This document shows, piece by piece, positions 19,279 through 28,617 of a DNA stretch of 64,000 nucleotides (position 1 is its first letter; the number at the start of each line of letters is the position of its first letter). The DNA is taken from contig JBGPIA010000009.1 of the NCBI GenBank assembly GCA_041484665.1, positions 96,001 to 160,000 on the forward strand, given 5' to 3'. The notes under the pieces are model-generated. The model was not told where the DNA came from. It ran no database searches and saw only the letters and a list, made by a program, of their open reading frames with translations. Both the position numbers and the translations under genes were made by a program. Source of the DNA: Candidatus Krumholzibacteriia bacterium. Its GTDB lineage: Bacteria; Krumholzibacteriota; Krumholzibacteriia; JAJRXK01.

Positions 19279-22200
19279 GTGACGAACGTTGGGCAGACCT
19301 TCACGAGCTTCCGATTCCTCGTGCGCAGCGTGCGCTGGGTCGAGCTCGCGATCAGCTGCCTGATCGTGTTCTTCGCCCGGGCCGTCAGCCACCTGGAGTT
19401 CCAGGTTCTGCCGGTGGCCTTGATCTTCGGACTGGGCTTCCTGTGGAACGTGGCTTTCTGGTACGCCGGCCGCCGCCACCTGCTCGAGGAGCGCGGCCTG
19501 GCCGGGGCGCGCCTCTTGATGTGGAGCTGGGTGGTGGCCGACGTCGTCACCAACCTGCTCATCATCGCCTTCACGGGCGTCACCAGCAGCCCGTTCCTGT
19601 TCTTCCTCGTGTTCCCGGTGATCCTCAGCACGGTCGCCCTGGGGCGGCCGGCCAGCTGCTACGGGGTTGCGATTGGCTCGACGTTGGGGCTGGCGGCCAT
19701 CTGGGCCATGGACCGAGCCGGGAGCATCCCGCACTTCCGCAGCTACCCGGCGCTGTCGGGGCAGATCTTCTTCCAGCCCGACGTGGCCGCGGGGATCTTC
19801 CTGATGGCGGGCGCGGTGCTGTCGCTGCTCGTCCACATGGTTTTCCGCTTCCGGCCGAACTTCTTCATCTTCCAGGAGAGCTTCCGCGAGGGGCGGTTCC
19901 GCATCCACAGCTTCCGCGCCGGCGACATCCAGGAGCTGCGCCTGGAAGAGGTGGAGGCGATCGGTCCCGAGGACCTGCTGGAGGAGGTGGTGCAGAACCT
20001 CACCACCAACCCGGCGGTGGTCTTCGCTGCGGCAGTGGTCTTTCCCGCAGGCGACGACACCGTGGGCGGCGCGGGCGCGGAATGGCACGCCGGGCTGACG
20101 CGCCAGCGCATCGTGTGCGTCACGCGCCGCCAGGTGTTGGCCACCTGGAGCGAATTCCACTCCGACCGCAGCGAACTGTTCCGGCACATGCGCTACGCCG
20201 AGACGGGCGATCTGTGGGAGGGACCCTTCTCGCTCCTGCAGCGCGACGGCCTCTTCACCCAGTTCGACGACGCGGAGAGCTACCTGGCCACCCCCATCGC
20301 GCAGGACGGACGCAGCGTGGTGGTGCTCATCGCCGGGCTGCGTCATCCGGTGCAGAGCCGCAACGAGGTGGTGTTGCACCTGCTGAACGTGGCGGCCCAG
20401 CTCAAGCCCTTGCTGGTGGCCGAGACGCGCTTGTCGAGCCTGCGCGGTGAGCTGTCGTCGCTCCACGACCAGAACGACTCGCTCACCCGCCTGAACAAGA
20501 TGCAGAACGATTTCGTGAGCATCGCCAGCCACGAGCTGAAGACGCCGCTGACCTCCATCATGGCGTACACCGACGCGCTGATCATGAACGTGGACAACCC
20601 GGCATTCAACGAGCGGCGGGAGTTCCTCCAGGTGGTGCGCGACGAGACCAACCGGCTGCTGCGCATGGTGAACCGCATCCTCGACTTCTCCCAGATCGAG
20701 TTCGGCCAGCGCAGTCTCAAGCGCAGCCGTCTGCAGCTCAAGGCGCTCATCGACGACAGCCTCACCACCATGCGCCACGAGCTCGACCGCAAGCAGATCG
20801 CGGTCGATGTCAAACTGCCGGCGGTGCTCCCCCGCGTGGACGCCGATCCTGACCTCATGAAGCAGGTGCTGCTCAACCTGCTGAACAACGCCTGGAAATT
20901 CAGTCCGCAGGGCGGGACGATCACGATCGCGGCGCGGGAGGGCTCCACCGCCCTGGAGGTCGCAATCAAGGACGAGGGCCCCGGGATCCCCGATGACGAG
21001 GTGGAGAACATCTTCAAGCAGTTCTACCGCGTGCGCCGCAAGGACGGCGAGACGCCCGAGGGGAGCGGCCTGGGGCTGACCATCGTCCGCAACATCGTCG
21101 AGCTGCACGGGGGCTGCGTCCGGGTCGACGGGGGGCACGGGCGCGGCGCCACGTTCACCTTCACGATCCCCAAGGAGCAGTGCCTCAACGATCGGCCCGA
21201 GACGGTGCTGGGCGAGCTGACCAAGCGGCCCGAGTTCGCCCACATGATGAAACTGCTCGTGCGCATGGTCGCCGACTACATGGACTGCAAGATCGTGTCG
21301 GTGATGCTCGTGTCGTCCGACCGCAAGCAGCTCTACGTCCAGGTCGCCTACGGGCTGGACGAGGAGATCGTGCGCGACACCCGGGTGACCATGGGCGAGG
21401 GGATCGCGGGGCGCGTGGCCGCCAACGGTCGCCCGCTGCTCATCGAGAACGTGGAGGACCTCGACGGGCGCCCCGGTGGCAACAAGTCGCAGTACGAGAC
21501 GAGCTCGCTGATCAGCGTCCCGCTCGTCATGAACGACGAGATCGTGGGCGTGATCAACTGCAACAACAAGGTGACCGGCGAGCCGTTCTACGCCGACGAT
21601 CTGAGCCTGCTGGTGACCCTCACCGAGAAGGTGACGTTGGCCCTGTCGCGTGCCCTGGAGTTCGAGGACTCGCGCGAGACACTGCAACGCACCGTGCGCG
21701 CCCTGCAAGCCCTGGTGGATCTGCACGGCACCGACGCGCGGGCCACCCGCCGCGCCGTGCGGTACGCCATGGAGTTGGGCCGGCGCATGGGACTCACGCG
21801 GCACCAGATCCTGGCGCTGCAGTACGCCTTCGTGATCCACGACGTAGGGATGATCCGCCAGGACCGCGAGCTACTGCGCAAGCGCGGCACGCTTTCGCCC
21901 GAGGAGCGCAAGCTGGTGCGCAACCATCCTGTCGACGGGGTGGAGCTCGTGGAGCCGTTCCTCTCGGCCGACGAGCTCGAGGAGGTCATCCGCTATCACC
22001 ACGAGCGCATCGACGGGACCGGATACCCGCAGGGCCTGATCGGGGAGCACATCCCACTTGCGGCGCGCATCGTCTCGGCGGTGGATGCCTACGACTCCAT
22101 GACGTCGCCCCGGCCCTACCGCCGCACGCTGCGCCCGCACGAGGCGGCCGAGGAGCTGGCGGAGAACGCGGGCTCGCAGTTCGATCCGGAAGTCGTCCGC

Positions 22201-22302
22201 CTGTTCCTGGACGTGCTGGCGGAGAACGGTGAGCTGTCGCGCGATGAGTACCAACGTCTCAAGGACGGTGAACGGTGGCTACGCCCGGCGTCCTTATCGT
22301 AG
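19279..22302 (+). CDS. Membrane sensor histidine kinase fused to C-terminal GAF and HD-GYP domains
   Basis: About 5 TM helices (TGVTSSPF); H-box SHELKTPLTSI; NLLNNAWKF, DEGPGI, GSGLGL; GAF (GEGIAGRVA...SLISVPL...GVINCNNK...F..DD); HD-GYP (IHDVG, NHP, YHHERIDGTGYP, ARIVSAVDAYDSMTSPRPYR, GSQFDP). Confidence 0.92.
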   Translation: MTNVGQTFTSFRFLVRSVRWVELAISCLIVFFARAVSHLEFQVLPVALIFGLGFLWNVAFWYAGRRHLLEERGLAGARLLMWSWVVADVVTNLLIIAFTGVTSSPFLFFLVFPVILSTVALGRPASCYGVAIGSTLGLAAIWAMDRAGSIPHFRSYPALSGQIFFQPDVAAGIFLMAGAVLSLLVHMVFRFRPNFFIFQESFREGRFRIHSFRAGDIQELRLEEVEAIGPEDLLEEVVQNLTTNPAVVFAAAVVFPAGDDTVGGAGAEWHAGLTRQRIVCVTRRQVLATWSEFHSDRSELFRHMRYAETGDLWEGPFSLLQRDGLFTQFDDAESYLATPIAQDGRSVVVLIAGLRHPVQSRNEVVLHLLNVAAQLKPLLVAETRLSSLRGELSSLHDQNDSLTRLNKMQNDFVSIASHELKTPLTSIMAYTDALIMNVDNPAFNERREFLQVVRDETNRLLRMVNRILDFSQIEFGQRSLKRSRLQLKALIDDSLTTMRHELDRKQIAVDVKLPAVLPRVDADPDLMKQVLLNLLNNAWKFSPQGGTITIAAREGSTALEVAIKDEGPGIPDDEVENIFKQFYRVRRKDGETPEGSGLGLTIVRNIVELHGGCVRVDGGHGRGATFTFTIPKEQCLNDRPETVLGELTKRPEFAHMMKLLVRMVADYMDCKIVSVMLVSSDRKQLYVQVAYGLDEEIVRDTRVTMGEGIAGRVAANGRPLLIENVEDLDGRPGGNKSQYETSSLISVPLVMNDEIVGVINCNNKVTGEPFYADDLSLLVTLTEKVTLALSRALEFEDSRETLQRTVRALQALVDLHGTDARATRRAVRYAMELGRRMGLTRHQILALQYAFVIHDVGMIRQDRELLRKRGTLSPEERKLVRNHPVDGVELVEPFLSADELEEVIRYHHERIDGTGYPQGLIGEHIPLAARIVSAVDAYDSMTSPRPYRRTLRPHEAAEELAENAGSQFDPEVVRLFLDVLAENGELSRDEYQRLKDGERWLRPASLS

Positions 22303-22658
22303 AGGACGAGCAGCCGCTGGCCCGCGTCCTCGCCTATGCCTTCAACAACGAGGGCTATCGCGTCGAGCTCGCCAGCGACGGCATCGAGTGCATGAATAAG
22401 ATCGCGACCTTCGTGCCCGACGTGGTCGTGATGGATATCATGATGCCCAAGCTTGATGGCATCGAGACCATGAAGCTGCTGCGTCAGAACCAGCTGCAGC
22501 GCGATCTAGTCATCGTGGCGCTGTCGGCGCGCTCCTCGCGCAGCGACCGGGAAACCGCTCTGGCGGCCGGCGCGAACATCTTCATGAAGAAGCCGTTCGC
22601 CATCGCCCGCCTGATGGAGAGCGTCGAGCAGCTGCTGGCCAGCGAGCGCAGCCCCTGA
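22275..22658 (+). CDS. Single-domain response regulator (receiver only)
   Basis: IVEDE, VMDIMMPKLDG, ALSA, KKPF. The GTG start overlaps the end of the upstream kinase. Confidence 0.9.
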   Translation: MATPGVLIVEDEQPLARVLAYAFNNEGYRVELASDGIECMNKIATFVPDVVVMDIMMPKLDGIETMKLLRQNQLQRDLVIVALSARSSRSDRETALAAGANIFMKKPFAIARLMESVEQLLASERSP

Positions 22659-22676
22659 GCGGCCAGGCGGACGAAC

Positions 22677-25600
22677 GTGCACCCCTCCCTCCCCCCGACG
22701 TTCCCCGGAGCGACTCCGCTCGTCGTGCGGCTGCTGGTGGCCGCCCTCGCATTGGGTGTTGCGCTGGCCGGCGGGCGCGCCTGGCGCGCGACGCGGCGTG
22801 CGTGCCTGGGTGCCCTCGCAGTGGGGGCGGCGCTGCTCCTTCTGGACGATGCGGTGGGCGCGGTGCTGTCCCACGGGCAGCTCGCGTTCCAAGGCACCGG
22901 CTGGCTGATCGCCTCGGCGCTGGTGCAGGCTGCCGGCCTTAGCCTGTTGGCCTGGGGAGCGGGCCACGCCGGGCAGGCCGAGAACTCCACGTGGCTGTTG
23001 GGCTGGCTCACCATTGCGTCCTGCGCGTTCGGCCTGCTGTTGGGTGTCCTGCCGTCGATCGCCTGGCAGCTGTTGGGCGCGCGCGCGCCCGGCGAGCCCG
23101 CTCCGCAGCCGGAGTGGACGCTGTTGCTCGGCCTGGGCTGCACGGCCGCGCTCTTGTCCAGCCTGCGTCACCGCGCGCTCGCGCGCAGCGGCCACGCGCT
23201 GCAGGAGCGCGTGCACGAGCTCGGGGCCGCCCAGGAGCAGTCGCAGCAGCGCGAGACCGCGCTGCAGCAGCAGTACGAGCAGGCCGCGCAGGGGCGCCGT
23301 CAGCAGCAGGACAGCGTCGAGCAGCTCGCGCGCCGGGCGGCCAACCTCCAGGCCGTGCTGCAGAGCTCGCTCTCGCTGAATCGCCGCCAGGAGCTGGGCC
23401 AGGTGTTGGAGGCGGTGGTGGAGTCCGCGCACGAGCGCCTCGGCCAACCGCGCGTGCTGCTGCGGCTGTACAACTCGCGCACCCATCTGTTCGAGGCGCG
23501 GGCCTTCGCCGGCCTGCCGGAGAACGAGGTCCGCGAGCTGAGGAACCGCGACGTGACGATGGAGGACTTCCTGTCGGCGGCCCGCGCCGGCGCCGGCTTG
23601 GGGGGGTGCGCGGTGGTCGATCCTTGGGCGCCGCCGCCGCCGTCCAGCTCGCCGTTGGGCTGGCGGGCGGGGCGCCAGCTGGTCGTGCCCATTCGCGGCG
23701 ACGACGGCGCGGTGCTGGGGTATCTGGGCGTGGACGAGCCCAACGGCGTCCAGGTGCCCGCCGCCGAGACGGCCGAGCTGCTGGAGGCGCTTGCCAGCCA
23801 GGCCGCCATCGCCATCCAGAACGCCCAGCTCCACGGCCAGCTCGAGCGCAAGAACCTCGAGGTCTCCATGGCCAACGAGAAGCTGCGGGACCTCAATCGC
23901 CTCAAGAGCAACTTCGTCGCCACCGTCAGCCATGAGCTGCGCACGCCGTTGACCTCCATCAAGGCGTACAGCGACACCCTGCAGGCGGCGCTGGATGACA
24001 TGGAGCCGCAGACGGTGCGGGAGTTCGTCTCGGTGATCTCGGCGGAGAGCGAGCGCCTCACCGGCGTGATCGACGACATCCTCGACGTCAGCCGCCTGGA
24101 GAGCGGCCGCGCCCCCATGGTCAAGGAGAGCTTCAACTTCAGCGCGCTCTGCCAGGAGGCGGGCGTCCGCATGGACGCACAGTTCAAGGCCAAGGGGCTG
24201 CGCCTGCGCCTGGAGTGCCCGCCGTCGGAGGTGGTGCTGTCGGCCGACCGTTCCGCCATCGAGCAGCTGCTGGTCAACCTGCTGGACAACGCCCTCAAAT
24301 TCACCCCGGAGGGGGGCGAGGTGCGCCTGCACCTCGAGGAGGAAGTGAGCCTGGCGCGTCTGGTGGTGGAGGACTCGGGGATCGGCATTCCCGAAGAGGA
24401 GATGGAGCGCATCTTCGATCGCTTCTACCAGGTGGACGGCTCGACCACGCGCGCCTACGGCGGGCAGGGGCTGGGCCTGGCCATCTGCCGCGACATCGTC
24501 GAGTGGCACGACGGCCGGATCTGGGTGGAGCGAGCCGGTGGCCGCGGCACGCGCTTCGTCGTGCTGCTGCCCCGCAAGGAGCTCGTGATCCACAGCAACC
24601 GCGAGGACAGCTCGGACGTCTCGGAGCGGATGCAGCGCGAGGAGTTCCTGCAGCTGCTCACCACGCTCACGGCGGAGCTGATGGGCACGCGAATCGCCTC
24701 GATCATGCTCGTGGATCCGGCCTCCGACGCCCTGCGCATCGAGGCGGCGGTGGGGCTGGAGGAGGAGGTCGTCCACGGCGCGCGCCTGCGCAAGGGCGAG
24801 GGGATCGCCGGGCGTGTCTGGAGCGAGGGGCGGTCGATCCTGGTGCACGACCTGCGCGGCGACGCGCGCTTCGCCGGCCGCATGAACGACGTGCAGTACA
24901 GCACGCGCAGCCTGCTGTCCGCCCCGCTGCGGCGTGGCACCCACGTGTTCGGCGTCGTAAACGTGAATAACAAGATCAACGGCCAGGTATTCGACGAGGA
25001 CGACCGGCTGCTGCTGGAGGCGCTCGGCGAGCGCCTGGTGAAGGCCTTCGACAGCCTGGAGGCCTACCGCGTCGGCCACCACCGCCTGGTGGCGGCCCGT
25101 TCCGCCCTGCGCGCGATCCTCGACGTGAGTCGCGACCGTTGGTCGTCGCTGCGCGAGCTGGTGGCGCGCAGCGGCCTGGACGCGGCGCGCCGCCTCGGCA
25201 TGCACGAGGACGACCTGCGGGCGCTGGCCTACGTGCTCAAGACCTACGACCTCGGTCTGGCGCGGGTGGGAGAGCAGATCCTGCGCAAGATCTCGCCCTT
25301 GTCGGCCGAGGACCGCGAGCGCATCAACGACCACGTGCGAGCGGGGGCGGAGCTGGCCACCGAGGTGGAGCCGCTGGCCAAGGTGCGCCAGATCCTCTAC
25401 CACCATCACGAGAACGTGGACGGCAGCGGCTATCCTGACGGCCTGGCGGGAGAGGCGATCCCGGTGGGCGCGCGCCTGGTTCGCCTGACCGACGTCTTCG
25501 GCGCCCTGCTGCACGACCGGCCCTTCCGCCGAGCGCTCTCGTTGGACGAGGCGGTTGCGCTCATCCGCGAAGGGGTCGGCCGGCGATTCTGCCCGCGCGT

Positions 25601-25778
25601 CTCGTCGGCCTTCCTGGCCGCCGTGGAGGGCAAGCGCCGGGAGTTCCACACCGCGCTCACCGTGCTGGGCGGCCGGTCCGCGACAGCGGCCCCTTCCACG
25701 GCGTCCGCGCTGCCCGGTGCGCCCACGCCGCCAAGCGGTCCCCCGGTGCCGGCCGGCACCGGGGGAGGAGCCAGCTGA
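22677..25778 (+). CDS. Membrane sensor histidine kinase (GAF-HisKA-HATPase) fused to a GAF and a degenerate HD-GYP domain
   Basis: TM N-terminus, coiled coil, GAF; H-box SHELRTPLTSI; NLLDNALKF, DSGIGI, GQGLGL; second GAF (GEGIAGRV, GVVNVNNK); HD-GYP-like domain with YD in place of HD (KTYDLG), HHHENVDGSGYP, RPFR. Confidence 0.9.
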   Translation: MHPSLPPTFPGATPLVVRLLVAALALGVALAGGRAWRATRRACLGALAVGAALLLLDDAVGAVLSHGQLAFQGTGWLIASALVQAAGLSLLAWGAGHAGQAENSTWLLGWLTIASCAFGLLLGVLPSIAWQLLGARAPGEPAPQPEWTLLLGLGCTAALLSSLRHRALARSGHALQERVHELGAAQEQSQQRETALQQQYEQAAQGRRQQQDSVEQLARRAANLQAVLQSSLSLNRRQELGQVLEAVVESAHERLGQPRVLLRLYNSRTHLFEARAFAGLPENEVRELRNRDVTMEDFLSAARAGAGLGGCAVVDPWAPPPPSSSPLGWRAGRQLVVPIRGDDGAVLGYLGVDEPNGVQVPAAETAELLEALASQAAIAIQNAQLHGQLERKNLEVSMANEKLRDLNRLKSNFVATVSHELRTPLTSIKAYSDTLQAALDDMEPQTVREFVSVISAESERLTGVIDDILDVSRLESGRAPMVKESFNFSALCQEAGVRMDAQFKAKGLRLRLECPPSEVVLSADRSAIEQLLVNLLDNALKFTPEGGEVRLHLEEEVSLARLVVEDSGIGIPEEEMERIFDRFYQVDGSTTRAYGGQGLGLAICRDIVEWHDGRIWVERAGGRGTRFVVLLPRKELVIHSNREDSSDVSERMQREEFLQLLTTLTAELMGTRIASIMLVDPASDALRIEAAVGLEEEVVHGARLRKGEGIAGRVWSEGRSILVHDLRGDARFAGRMNDVQYSTRSLLSAPLRRGTHVFGVVNVNNKINGQVFDEDDRLLLEALGERLVKAFDSLEAYRVGHHRLVAARSALRAILDVSRDRWSSLRELVARSGLDAARRLGMHEDDLRALAYVLKTYDLGLARVGEQILRKISPLSAEDRERINDHVRAGAELATEVEPLAKVRQILYHHHENVDGSGYPDGLAGEAIPVGARLVRLTDVFGALLHDRPFRRALSLDEAVALIREGVGRRFCPRVSSAFLAAVEGKRREFHTALTVLGGRSATAAPSTASALPGAPTPPSGPPVPAGTGGGAS

Positions 25779-25852
25779 CGGTCCCGTCACGCCCCAACCA
25801 CGACCCACGCCGTGCATCGGAAGGACGCGCAGGACAACAGGAGTGAAGGGAC

Positions 25853-26233
25853 ATGAGCCGCAAGCTGCTCGTCGTGGACGACGAGATGTACATCCTCAAT
25901 ATCCTGGATTTCACCCTCGGCAGCGAAGGCTTCGAGGTCATCACGGCTGCCAACGGCGAGGAGGCGCTGCGCAAGGTGAACCAGCTGCGACCCGACCTGG
26001 TCGTGCTGGACGTCATGATGCCCAAAGTGGACGGCTTCGAGGTCTGCCGGGCCATCAAGTCGAAGACCGAGACCTCCCACATCCCCGTGATCCTGCTCAC
26101 GGCACGTGACCGTGCCGCCGATCGAAAGAAGGGCGAGGAGGTCCGGTGCGATGCGTACATGACCAAGCCCTTCAATCCCCAGAAGCTCGTCGAGCGCATC
26201 CGCGAGCTGATCGGATCGCCCGCCAGCGACTGA
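25853..26233 (+). CDS. Single-domain response regulator (receiver only)
   Basis: VVDDE, VLDVMMPKVDG, LLTA, TKPF; AGGAG upstream. Confidence 0.92.
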   Translation: MSRKLLVVDDEMYILNILDFTLGSEGFEVITAANGEEALRKVNQLRPDLVVLDVMMPKVDGFEVCRAIKSKTETSHIPVILLTARDRAADRKKGEEVRCDAYMTKPFNPQKLVERIRELIGSPASD

Positions 26234-26258
26234 CACGCGCGGCCGGGGTGTGCTGGGC

Positions 26259-26264
26259 TATACT
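26259..26264 (+). promoter_or_regulatory. -10 hexamer for a probable leaderless priA transcript
   Basis: TATACT, 6 nt, then the in-frame ATG at 26271; no SD site. Confidence 0.5.
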
Positions 26265-26270
26265 GCGCCC

Positions 26271-28517
26271 ATGCGCGCGCAGCGGCAGGCCGCCCAAGCC
26301 AAGGCGAGCAGTCCCCTCGGGCAGGGCACCCACGTCGAGGTGGTCCTGCCCGTTCCCGTTTTCCATCCCTTTACCTACCGGGTCCCGCCCGGGCTGCTGG
26401 CCGCGCCGACGGACGCCGCGGCAGCGGAAGATCCGCCCCGCGCGCCCGACCCAATTGCGGCACCCCGGTCGGCGGCGTCGCGCGCGCCCGCGGAATCGGC
26501 CCGGCTCGAATCGGCCCCGCCGCTGCCGACGCTCGTGCCCGGCACCGTGGTCCGCGTGCCGCTGGGGCGCCGCACGTTGACAGGGGTCGTGCTGCGCCTC
26601 GTCCCACCGTCGCAGCGGCGCGGCCTGCGCGACGTGCATGCGATCCTGCCGGCGCCCTACCGGCTGGGTGCCCCCGCGCTGCAGCTGGCCGCCTGGATCG
26701 CCGACTACTACGCCTGCGCGCTCGGCGAGGCGGTCGCGCTCTTGCTGCCTCCCATGCCCGCCACCGCCGCTCGCCGCTCGCCGCTCCTGCCGGCGCAGGG
26801 TCAAGCCGAGGCCGGCCCGTCCCTCAGCGCGGCGCAGGAGCAGGCGGTGCACGCGATCTGCGCGTCCGTGAGCGCCCACCGGTACGCGAGCTTCCTACTG
26901 CACGGCGTCACCGGGAGTGGCAAGACCGAGGTCTACCTGCGCGCGATCGAGGCGGCGATGGCGCACGGGCGCGGCGCGATCGTGCTCCTGCCGGAGATCT
27001 CGCTCACGCCCCAGACCATGGCGCGCATCGCGGCGCGCTTCCCCGGACGCGTCGCGCCCTACCACAGTCGCCTCAGCCACGGTGAGCGCTGCGCGGTGTG
27101 GGAGGCCGCCGCGCGCGGCGAGATCTCGGTGGTGGTGGGGGCGCGCAGCGCGGTGTTCGTGCCGGTGCGGGAGCTGGGCCTGATCGTCGTCGACGAGGAG
27201 CACGAGGGTAGCTACAAGGCCGACGACCGGCCGCGCGCCCACGCGCGTGACGTCGCGCTGATGCGCGGGTCCCTGGAGGGCGCCCCGGTCGTGCTGGGAT
27301 CGGCCACGCCCAGCCTGGAGAGTTGGCACAACGCGCGCCGGGGCAAGCACCAGCTGCTCTCCCTGCCGCAGCGGCTGGTCGCCGAGGCGATGCCATGCGT
27401 GGAGGTGATCGACCGGCGCACCGGGCGCGCGGGCCACGTTGGCGCGGAGGGTCCCTCCGGCGCGGACGGTTCCTCCGACGCGTCCCGCGCGGACGGCGCG
27501 GGGAACGACCAGGACGAGCTCGGCCTGATCGGCCCGCGGCTGGGCGCGGCCCTGGAGGAGGCGCTCGCCCGTGGCGAGCAGTCCATCGTCTTGCACAACC
27601 GCCGCGGCTTCGCCCGCTACCTCCAGTGCCGCGCGTGCGGGTACGTGCTGCAGTGCGCGCACTGCGATATCAGCCTCACCTGGCACCTGCGCGACGACCG
27701 CATGCACTGCCACTACTGCGGCTACCGCGCCGCGCGCCCGGCCGCCTGCGGTGGCTGCGGCGCCACGCCGATGCGTCCGCGCGGTGTGGGAACGCAGCGC
27801 GTAGAGGTGGCGTTGCAAGCACGCCTGCCACAGGCTCGCATCCTGCGCCTGGACCAGGACACGACGGCGGGGAAGCGCGGCCACCAGCGCCTGCTCGACC
27901 AGTTCGCGGCTGGGGAGGCCGACCTGCTGGTGGGGACGCAGATGGTGGCCAAGGGGCTGCATTTCCCGAGGGTCACCGTCGTGGGAGTCGTGGACGCCGA
28001 CGCGGGTCTGCACTTTCCCGATTTCCGCGCCCACGAGCGCGCGTTCCAGCTGCTGGCGCAGGTGGCCGGGCGCAGTGGCCGGGTCGGGCCCGGGCGCGTC
28101 GTCCTGCAAACCTGGGACCCCGACCACCGCGTCCTGGGCTACGCCCGCGGCCACGACGTGATCGGCTTCCTGGAGGAGGAGCTCTCGCAACGGCGCGCTC
28201 TGGGCTATCCGCCGTGGCGGCGCCTGGCAGCCATCCTGGCCACCGCGCCGCAGGAGGAGGTGCTCGACGCGCTGCTGGCGGCCCTGGGGCATCGGCTTCC
28301 CGGGGTGCTCCCACCCGCAGTCCAGCTGCTGGGGCCGGCGCGGGCGGTGCTGGCGCGGATCAATCGCCGTTACCGGGGACAGATCCTGCTCAAGGGCAAC
28401 CTGGGGACGGCGGGCAAGCGCGCTGTGCTGGACCTTCTCGAGCAGGTGCGCGAGCGGACGCCCGGGGGGTGGCGCGCCGACCTGGCGCTGGACGTGGACC
28501 CCCAGCAGCTGCTCTGA
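26271..28517 (+). CDS. priA: Primosomal protein N' (replication restart helicase)
   Basis: LHGVTGSGKTEVY, LPEISLTPQ, VVGARSAVF, VDEEHE, GSATPSLES, NRRGF, CxxC zinc motifs, GTQMVAKGLHFP, PDFRAHER, DVDP. Confidence 0.96.
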   Translation: MRAQRQAAQAKASSPLGQGTHVEVVLPVPVFHPFTYRVPPGLLAAPTDAAAAEDPPRAPDPIAAPRSAASRAPAESARLESAPPLPTLVPGTVVRVPLGRRTLTGVVLRLVPPSQRRGLRDVHAILPAPYRLGAPALQLAAWIADYYACALGEAVALLLPPMPATAARRSPLLPAQGQAEAGPSLSAAQEQAVHAICASVSAHRYASFLLHGVTGSGKTEVYLRAIEAAMAHGRGAIVLLPEISLTPQTMARIAARFPGRVAPYHSRLSHGERCAVWEAAARGEISVVVGARSAVFVPVRELGLIVVDEEHEGSYKADDRPRAHARDVALMRGSLEGAPVVLGSATPSLESWHNARRGKHQLLSLPQRLVAEAMPCVEVIDRRTGRAGHVGAEGPSGADGSSDASRADGAGNDQDELGLIGPRLGAALEEALARGEQSIVLHNRRGFARYLQCRACGYVLQCAHCDISLTWHLRDDRMHCHYCGYRAARPAACGGCGATPMRPRGVGTQRVEVALQARLPQARILRLDQDTTAGKRGHQRLLDQFAAGEADLLVGTQMVAKGLHFPRVTVVGVVDADAGLHFPDFRAHERAFQLLAQVAGRSGRVGPGRVVLQTWDPDHRVLGYARGHDVIGFLEEELSQRRALGYPPWRRLAAILATAPQEEVLDALLAALGHRLPGVLPPAVQLLGPARAVLARINRRYRGQILLKGNLGTAGKRAVLDLLEQVRERTPGGWRADLALDVDPQQLL

Positions 28518-28587
28518 CCGTGGGGGCGGTCCCAAAGGCGACGCGGGAGCATCGGGACCGGAACCGGTCGAACCTCGTGCGGGAGTG

Positions 28588-28617
28588 TTGACACAGGCGC
28601 CGGCCGAGCCTTATATA
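28588..28617 (+). promoter_or_regulatory. Putative sigma70 promoter upstream of the TPR lipoprotein
   Basis: Perfect TTGACA, 17-18 nt spacer, then AT-rich TTATATAG. Confidence 0.5.
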
